IMG/VR virus record: IMGVR_UViG_2537561934_000004
Reading direction: 5' to 3' (one strand)
DNA length: 33,799 nt
Source: a virus
Taxonomy: Duplodnaviria; Heunggongvirae; Uroviricota; Caudoviricetes
Positions 28,055-33,799 of the stretch are shown here, piece after piece. The position numbers were made by a program, and so were the translations under genes. How positions within the stretch are numbered: position 1 is the stretch's first letter; the number at the start of each line of letters is the position of its first letter. The notes under the pieces are model-generated. The model made no database searches. It saw only the letters and a program-made list of their open reading frames with translations, and had not been told where the DNA came from.

Positions 28055-28993
28055 TTAATTACGCAGCAGCGTTGAAATATCAACGTCCAGGTCTAATTCA
28101 CGGAAAGCCTGACGCAGATAATCTTCGTTAACACGCTCACCTTTACCGTGAGCCGTCATGGCGGCAAGGCGAAGTGAATGATTCAGAATGCGAAGCGCAC
28201 CTGGTTTCTGCGCAATCTGCTGTAATAACTCCAGTTCATTTTCGCCGTTAATCTGCCAGGCATCCGCAATAGCTTTTACATCGGCTTTTTTTGTTTTATT
28301 AATTGCAGTGCGCTTTGCAATACGGGAAAACAGACGGGCAAATTCAACCGTTCTGTTACCCCCCGTCATATTTGAATAAACCCGGTGATTTCCCATCAGC
28401 ACAAGGCCAGTGCGGGTTGATTCCTGTAACAGGCGGAGTTCTTCCAGAACTTCGGCACCAAGATGATCAGCTTCGTCGATGATAACCAGCCCCTGTGTAC
28501 CTTCAAGGCGACGTCGCAGGGCACGGGAAAGTGGCCCTTTACGGCGTGGTGCGTCATTCATTCCCAGCTCAAACGCCAGTTCAGTAAGACATTCCAGAAC
28601 ACTGGCGCAGGATGGCGTAATGGTGATCATCCAGACATTGTTATTGGTGCGGCGATATTCACGGGCCGCTTCGGTTTTGCCCACACCAGGATTGCCACAT
28701 ACAACAGCAATACTTTCAGTCAGGCTGGCAAAACGCATACTTGTCCAGATTTGTTTTACCGTCTGCGTTTCCACAAAGCGGGGCGGTTCAGGTAGTTCTG
28801 CAACTGCATGATATTTTTCCAGCCAGCGTTGCAGCATTTGTGAAACACGCTCGTTATCCCCGTTGTACTTATCATTGATAAAACTACTGATAGTTCCGGT
28901 AGAAAGTCCGCTCTCAAGAGCAATTTGTTTAAAGGTGGTTTCTTCATTTTCTACAAGCGTGCGCAGTCCTGCGCGAATATCGGAAATATTCAT
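28055..28993 (-). CDS. B: Transposition target-DNA activator MuB (AAA+ ATPase)
   Basis: 312-aa ORF (Mu B is 312 aa) with Walker A GNPGVGKT and Walker B-like IIDEAD; immediately downstream of the transposase. Confidence 0.9.
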   Translation of the reverse strand: MNISDIRAGLRTLVENEETTFKQIALESGLSTGTISSFINDKYNGDNERVSQMLQRWLEKYHAVAELPEPPRFVETQTVKQIWTSMRFASLTESIAVVCGNPGVGKTEAAREYRRTNNNVWMITITPSCASVLECLTELAFELGMNDAPRRKGPLSRALRRRLEGTQGLVIIDEADHLGAEVLEELRLLQESTRTGLVLMGNHRVYSNMTGGNRTVEFARLFSRIAKRTAINKTKKADVKAIADAWQINGENELELLQQIAQKPGALRILNHSLRLAAMTAHGKGERVNEDYLRQAFRELDLDVDISTLLRN

Positions 28994-29031
28994 CTGAATA
29001 ACCTCGTAATTAAATTTTGTTTAAACGTTAA

Positions 29032-31020
29032 TTAAATGGCTTTTTTACGTCTGTTCTGTTCCAGAATATCCAGCGAATGATTCAGATATTCATCACGCTC
29101 AGTTTCGTATTCATCATCACGCTCCTGATTCTTCACCCGTTCCGTATTACCGGAAGGCCGGAAAATGCCGACAATTCGTGATTCTGGTGCTTCAGGTTCG
29201 GCTATCTGCGGCAGCAGCTCTGCCACTTCCAGTGCATCCATTTGTTTCTGTGCCTTAATCGCTGCTTTCGTCGCAGATTTCAGTTGTTTCTGGCGGCGGC
29301 GATATTCACGGCCTGCCGCAGCATCATTAAACGCAACAGGTGCCAGACATTCCGCTTCACAGATAAACCGACCGTCCAGGGTGTAACAATAAACCGTGCT
29401 GTGTAGCTGCTGCGGATCAAACCTGACCACAACTTTTTTCACGCCGGCATTCATTAATGCCATGTTGTAATAAACGTTTTTCGCGCCTTTAAGGGAGCCG
29501 CCAACTTTAAGCGTAAACTCGCCTTTGCGTGAAACGTTCACCGCCTCGGCAGGCAGTAACAGCATCCGTTTTTGTTCTTCGGTTGGCTTACGCACAATCG
29601 TTCTGGCGTATTCACGCTCGAAAACATCATCAAACGAGAGTTTGCCCCCGCACATTTCTGTTTCACGGCCTGTTCTGGCATTGAACATCGCCACACCTTC
29701 GGCAAGGTTTTTCAGAAACAGCTCTGCATCAACAGCGCGGTTGCCATAGTTATCAGGTTTTGCCTGCGGATTTGGCCCCGTATATGCGCCAGCCAGTGCC
29801 GGATGCTTATCAACGTATTCCTCAAGCCCACCAACACCGAAAGCACGTTCAACAGGTTTTGCCTGGCCCCAGCCTTTACCGGCAACAACGCTTGTCCAGT
29901 GCATTTTCGCACCCATCAGTAAAAACAATCCCTTTGGATCGTCTTCTTTCACCTTAAAGCGGTAGCGATTGGGCGCGCCTCCCGTCAGCCATTTATTCGC
30001 AGCACCACGGGTGTTATCAATGGTGATGTGAAAATCCTCCGGGATACCGTAGCGAGTCACAACATCCATGAACGAGAGGCGAATTGAATCAATGTTCTCG
30101 CTCACATCGCAGCGCCAGCCCAGAATTTTTCGGGTTTTCACATCCTGCCAGAACCATGTTTTCGGGCGGATCACATCACCGTTAAACCAGCGTACAAAGA
30201 CGTTATGCAGATAACCGTCGCCGTTGATCCACTGCATGGCGTCCAGGTGTTCCACAGTTCGCTGCTGTGCCGGTATCAGATGCATCAGTGCATGTTCACC
30301 TTCACGACAGGCAACAACCATTGCCTCGTCCAGTTGCTGAATCCGGCGAAAGGCCGTGGCACGGGAGGGAATACTCCAGCCATGCTCGCGGGCTGCCAGT
30401 TCCAGACGCTCATAACATTTGCGGAAGGCGGGTTTTTCCGGTCGCAGATAATCTGCAATCAGAAACTGCCAGGCATCCTCGTCAAATTCACTTTTGTGAA
30501 CATTGCGACGGGATGCACCACGTCCATCAACAAGTGCAGCCGCCCAGTCAGGCTTCGCAAACTTCTGTACCTGGTAATACTTGTCCCGCAAAGTGGATGC
30601 GCTGACCTGGTAATGCCCTGCAACGGTCGCAAAAGCCGTTTTCGTTGAAATCCCCTGGTTCAGCATTTCGTCTGCAGCCTGAACCGCAGGCAACCATTTT
30701 TCAGCAAGTCTGCGCTGGGAATCGCTGGCTTTATCCCATTTGCTCCACAGCACCTCACGATCATAATCATGGGCTTCCAGCGTGGGGCGGGCGATTTCAA
30801 AACGGCCCAGGCTTGTTTCAATTCTCCCTTGTTGCAACAGAATTTCAGCACGTAATGCGACAGGGAATGATTTGATATTGAATTCAAATGATACACCTTT
30901 AGTCCCTGCAACCTGTCTGAACTCCCAGCCTTCTCTTTGTGCCTTACGTGTAATGTTAGTGGCTTGCTTTGGTAAACCTGCCAAACCGAGCAACTCTTTT
31001 GCTGTATACCATTCTTTCAT
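29032..31020 (-). CDS. A: DDE transposase MuA
   Basis: 662-aa ORF. Acidic residues at D268 (WINGDGY), D335 (HITIDNTRG) and E391 (KPVERAF) sit one residue before MuA D269/D336/E392. The C-terminus ends QNRRKKAI, the MuA tail recognised by ClpX. Confidence 0.95.
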
Positions 31021-31027
31021 AGCGCAC

Positions 31028-31249
31028 CTAGTATCGAGACGGCCAAATATCTTGCGGTGTCATTCCCAGTGCATCTGCAATGATTTTCTCCGCTTTCGGA
31101 TATCTCTTATCCAAAGCATTTTTTAATGTTGAAGACGAAAGATGATTAGATCTTCCCAATTCAGCTAGTGACATATTGCGTTTTCGTAGCTCTGCAACGA
31201 TGTCAGCTCTGTGCCAATCTTGGCGGTTAGTTCTTTTATTCATATGCAT
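31028..31249 (-). CDS. ner: Ner-like DNA-binding regulator
   Basis: 73-aa ORF between the operator region and the transposase; ends ...[14 protein letters not shown], resembling the Ner/Nlp family C-terminus as I recall it. Confidence 0.8.
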
Positions 31250-31434
31250 TTCATGTAATCCTTTCAGATTCCCCCGCGAGCTACGCTATAAAGTAGCTCA
31301 CGGCATATCGTGCAATGTAGTGTGGAATCACTTTCAAATCAATAGTGATTTGAAAGGATTTGCCATGATTTCATATAACAGCATGATTTTTATATGAATT
31401 TATTTTGTCTCTATTGAAATCACTAGGATTTTAA
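31250..31434. promoter_or_regulatory. Divergent early/repressor promoter and operator region (expected to overlap the transposition enhancer)
   Basis: 185-bp gap between divergent ner and c, about 0.95 kb from the left end. Contains an 11-bp perfect inverted repeat CTTTCAAATCA-ATAG-TGATTTGAAAG at 31331..31356 and AT-rich tracts. Confidence 0.6.
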
Positions 31435-31959
31435 ATGATGTCTTTTGAAATCAAAGAATGGTTTAATGCGAAAGAGCTGGAAGGGATGCCTGGTGTACCA
31501 AAGTTGGCGACTAACATTACCAGGAAAGCTGTGGCGGAAGATTGGGTAAAACGTCAGCGTCACGGTGGGAAAGGTGTCGCTTATGAGTATCACATCAACA
31601 GTCTGCCAGAAGAAACACGCAGGGCCATTAAAGGAGCCTCACTTTCTGATAAACCAGTGCATACATCAATCGCCCATACAGTTGATGAGAGGCTAATTTA
31701 TGCAATGAGCTTCTTAACACCAGATGAGCAGGCCGCAGCTGTGGAGATCATTCGTGTGGCAGGGATTAAAGGACTTATGCCTACAATTGTCAGTAAAGAT
31801 AAGGCATTAGAGGCATTAGGGATTACTGTGGAGCAACAGAAAACCCTGCAAACTCTTCAGGCATTACCACCGGAAAAAGTGAGAGAGATTTTGTCTCAGT
31901 ATGAAGGCAAAGAACATAATTTCCCTGTAAGAGAAAACGATGTAAAGAAAGCTGTATAA
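31435..31959 (+). CDS. c: Mu-type repressor (c)
   Basis: 174-aa ORF divergent from ner. Its N-terminus ([61 protein letters not shown]) parallels the transposase N-terminus ([60 protein letters not shown]). Confidence 0.8.
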   Translation: MMSFEIKEWFNAKELEGMPGVPKLATNITRKAVAEDWVKRQRHGGKGVAYEYHINSLPEETRRAIKGASLSDKPVHTSIAHTVDERLIYAMSFLTPDEQAAAVEIIRVAGIKGLMPTIVSKDKALEALGITVEQQKTLQTLQALPPEKVREILSQYEGKEHNFPVRENDVKKAV

Positions 31960-32124
31960 CAACCAGGTAATAGCTAAGACATAAACTTCACTCCAGGCAA
32001 TTACATATGTAAGATACCCAAACAGTGATGATTGTTTTTGACACACATCACTTGCTGAAAGCCTGGTTGTTACCGTTTTTGAAGCATTTTTGAAGCTGTA
32101 CTTGAAATGATGCGTGAAGTAATT

Positions 32125-32298
32125 GCTTTTCGTGTCTTTAATGAATCAAAAGCTGTTTCCAACAATCTTTCGCGTTTCAAGATGTAACGGCTAAAATCTG
32201 TCCTACAGGCTTGCAAGCCCCACTAAATCTAATCCCGCCAAATCCCGAATAATCCAATGTCCTCCCGGTTTTTTTCGTACTTCAAGTGAATCAATACA
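32125..32298 (-). repeat. Prophage left end with three MuA-binding repeats (L1, L2, L3)
   Basis: On the minus strand: L1 TGTATTGATTCACTTGAAGTACGAAAAAA (32298..32270), L2 CATCTTGAAACGCGAAAG (32184..32167), L3 TGATTCATTAAAGACACGAAAAGC (32148..32125). All carry the (A/C)CGAAA(A) core and the spacing (about 0-28, 114-131, 150-173 bp from the end) matches Mu attL. Confidence 0.8.
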
Positions 32299-32706
32299 CC
32301 CGATTATATTTCCCGCTACGGGAAGCCAGAAACGATCGACGATTTAAAGCAACATATTTGCCTGGGATTCACTGAACCCGCTTCCCTCAATACCTGGCCG
32401 ATAGCCCGTAGCGATGGACAATTACATGAGGTGAAGTACGGTTTGTCATCCAATAGTGGGGAAACACTGAAACAGCTTTGCCTGAGTGGCAACGGGATTG
32501 CGTGTTTGTCCGACTACATGATCGACAAAGAAATCGCTCGCGGAGAATTGGTGGAGTTAATGGCAGATAAAGTGTTGCCAGTGGAAATGCCATTCAGTGC
32601 CGTCTATTACAGCGACCGTGCGGTAAGTACGCGCATCCGGGCTTTTATCGATTTCCTTAGCGAGCATGTAAAAACAGCTCCCGGAGGAGCTGTCAGAGAG
32701 GCTTAA
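32299..32706 (+). pseudogene. yafC: LysR-type regulator gene (yafC-like) truncated at its 5' end by the prophage
   Basis: The frame translating ...[56 protein letters not shown]... is open from the prophage junction to the stop at 32706. It has no start codon or N-terminal helix-turn-helix; only the C-terminal effector domain remains. Convergent with dkgB as in E. coli. Confidence 0.75.
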
Positions 32707-33506
32707 TCCCATTCAGGAGCCAGACCTTCCGGGCTAACCAGGCGGTCGTTGCAATCCAGTGCGGCGATCGCTTTTTTATCTTCGGCATCAAGCTGTAAAT
32801 TTTGTGCCTTAAGATTACTTTCCAGGTTTTTACGTTTAGTAGAAGAAGGAATTACTGAGTAACCTTCCCCCATAGCCCACGCCAGAATCACTTGTGCCGG
32901 AGTCGCATTGTGTTTAGCTGCGATACGAGCAATAACCTCATCTTTCAGGGCCTTACCATACGCCAGCGTCATATAGGAAGTAATATGGATGCCGTGCTGT
33001 TTAGCCCAGGCAACCACTTTACGGTTTTGCAGATAAGGAGAGAGTTCAATCTGGTTAGTAGCGATGTTTTCAGCACCAACAGCAGCAATCGCTTTTTCCA
33101 TCAACGGGATCGTGAAGTTGGAAATACCGATCTCACGCGTCAGCCCTTGTTTTTTGGCTTCCAGCAGCGCCTGCATAAACTCTTCAACAGAGACTTCATC
33201 GTTTGGTGACGGCCAGTGGATTAGCGTCAGATCAACATAATCGGTACGCAATTTTTGCAGGCTCTCTTTCAGACTTGGGATCAATTTGTCTTTGCTGAGA
33301 TTTTCAATCCAGATTTTAGTGGTGATGTAGAGTTCATGACGTGGCACGCCACTTTCTGCAATCGCCTGACCTACTGCGGCTTCGTTATCATAGATTTGTG
33401 CGGTATCAATTGCGCGATAACCAAGTTCAAGCGCCGTTATCACAGATGAAATAACAACGTCGTCTTTCAGACGGAAAGTACCTAAACCAAATGCAGGGAT
33501 AGCCAT
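32703..33506 (-). CDS. dkgB: Aldo-keto reductase, 2,5-diketo-D-gluconate reductase B
   Basis: 267-aa [21 protein letters not shown]... with aldo-keto reductase motifs ([27 protein letters not shown]); length equals E. coli DkgB. Confidence 0.9.
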
Positions 33507-33628
33507 AATATGCCTCTTTTAATGCTATTTTCGTTAACTGAGGTGATTATGGGCTTCAGACTGTTGAGGAAAAAGAGCGTAAAATGCAGAGGATTTTTGC
33601 GATTCTGGCAATAATAGATATACAGACG

Positions 33629-33656
33629 AAAAAAAACCTCGAGCGTTAACTCGAGG
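33629..33656 (-). terminator. Rho-independent terminator downstream of tRNA-Asp
   Basis: Minus strand reads CCTCGAG-TTAACG-CTCGAGG followed by TTTTTTTT, about 12 nt after the tRNA 3' end. Confidence 0.7.
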
Positions 33657-33668
33657 CTTCTTAATAAG

Positions 33669-33745
33669 TGGCGGAACGGACGGGACTCGAACCCGCGACC
33701 CCCTGCGTGACAGGCAGGTATTCTAACCGACTGAACTACCGCTCC
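33669..33745 (-). tRNA. aspU: tRNA-Asp (anticodon GUC)
   Basis: Minus strand reads GGAGCGGTAGTTCAGTCGGTTAGAATACCTGCCTGTCACGCAGGGGGTCGCGGGTTCGAGTCCCGTCCGTTCCGCCA (77 nt, encoded CCA), anticodon loop CUGUCAC. The symbol aspU is inferred from adjacency to dkgB; it could be another Asp copy. Confidence 0.9.
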
Positions 33746-33799
33746 ACCGAATTCTTTTACAACCACCGGTTTTATGACCGGCTTACTGCTTAATTTGAT

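Larger units (their letters stand above)
1..32298 (-). mobile_element. Mu/D108-family transposable prophage, partial (left end to tail-fibre invertible region; right end outside window)
   Basis: Mu-like gene order on the minus strand (c, ner, A, B, gam, gemA, mor, C, lys, terminase, portal, F, G, I, T, sheath, tube, tape measure, N, P, baseplate, tail fibre). Terminal 5'-TGTATTGATTCACTTGAAGTACGAAAAAAACC read on the minus strand from 32298. Host yafC-like frame resumes at 32299. Confidence 0.9.

Noticed and set aside
31864-32046. 60-aa minus-strand ORF near the left end
   Set aside because: Overlaps the 3' end of the repressor gene and runs into the end-binding repeat region; hydrophobic junk-like translation with no ribosome-binding site.
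32431-32706. ORF-track call of a 91-aa protein starting with M
   Set aside because: The start is a GTG inside a longer open frame that runs back to the prophage junction. It is the C-terminal remnant of a disrupted LysR-type gene, not an intact small gene.
33482-33766. 94-aa minus-strand ORF
   Set aside because: Overlaps the tRNA-Asp gene and its terminator; the tRNA is unambiguous.

Overview
About 32.3 kb of this window (1..32298) is a Mu/D108-family transposable prophage, with almost all genes on the minus strand. Its left (repressor) end sits at 32298, where three MuA-type end-binding repeats and the terminal CA are readable, and it interrupts a host LysR-type regulator gene (yafC-like, only the C-terminal part remains at 32299..32706). 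Beyond that lie host dkgB, a rho-independent terminator and tRNA-Asp(GUC), a context typical of Escherichia/Shigella. Reading from high to low coordinates the prophage runs: repressor c (+ strand), operator/enhancer region, ner, transposase A (DDE triad and C-terminal RRKKAI tail present), B, a block of small early ORFs, gam, a non-Mu-looking variable block that includes one opposite-strand gene, gemA, mor, an early terminator, a short middle operon ending in C, a lysis cassette (SAR-type endolysin, overlapped spanins, DUF2730-like protein), terminase, portal, head genes, sheath, tube, tape measure, baseplate genes and the start of the tail-fibre gene. The window begins inside the tail-fibre gene just past a gix/hix-like invertase crossover site, so the invertible host-range segment and the right prophage end are outside the window. 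No CRISPR array or rRNA was seen. All protein calls rest on reading the supplied translations, motifs, gene sizes and Mu-like gene order; no database search was run. The most likely place for anything undescribed is the variable early block at 24000..25915 and the small-ORF block at 26558..28039.
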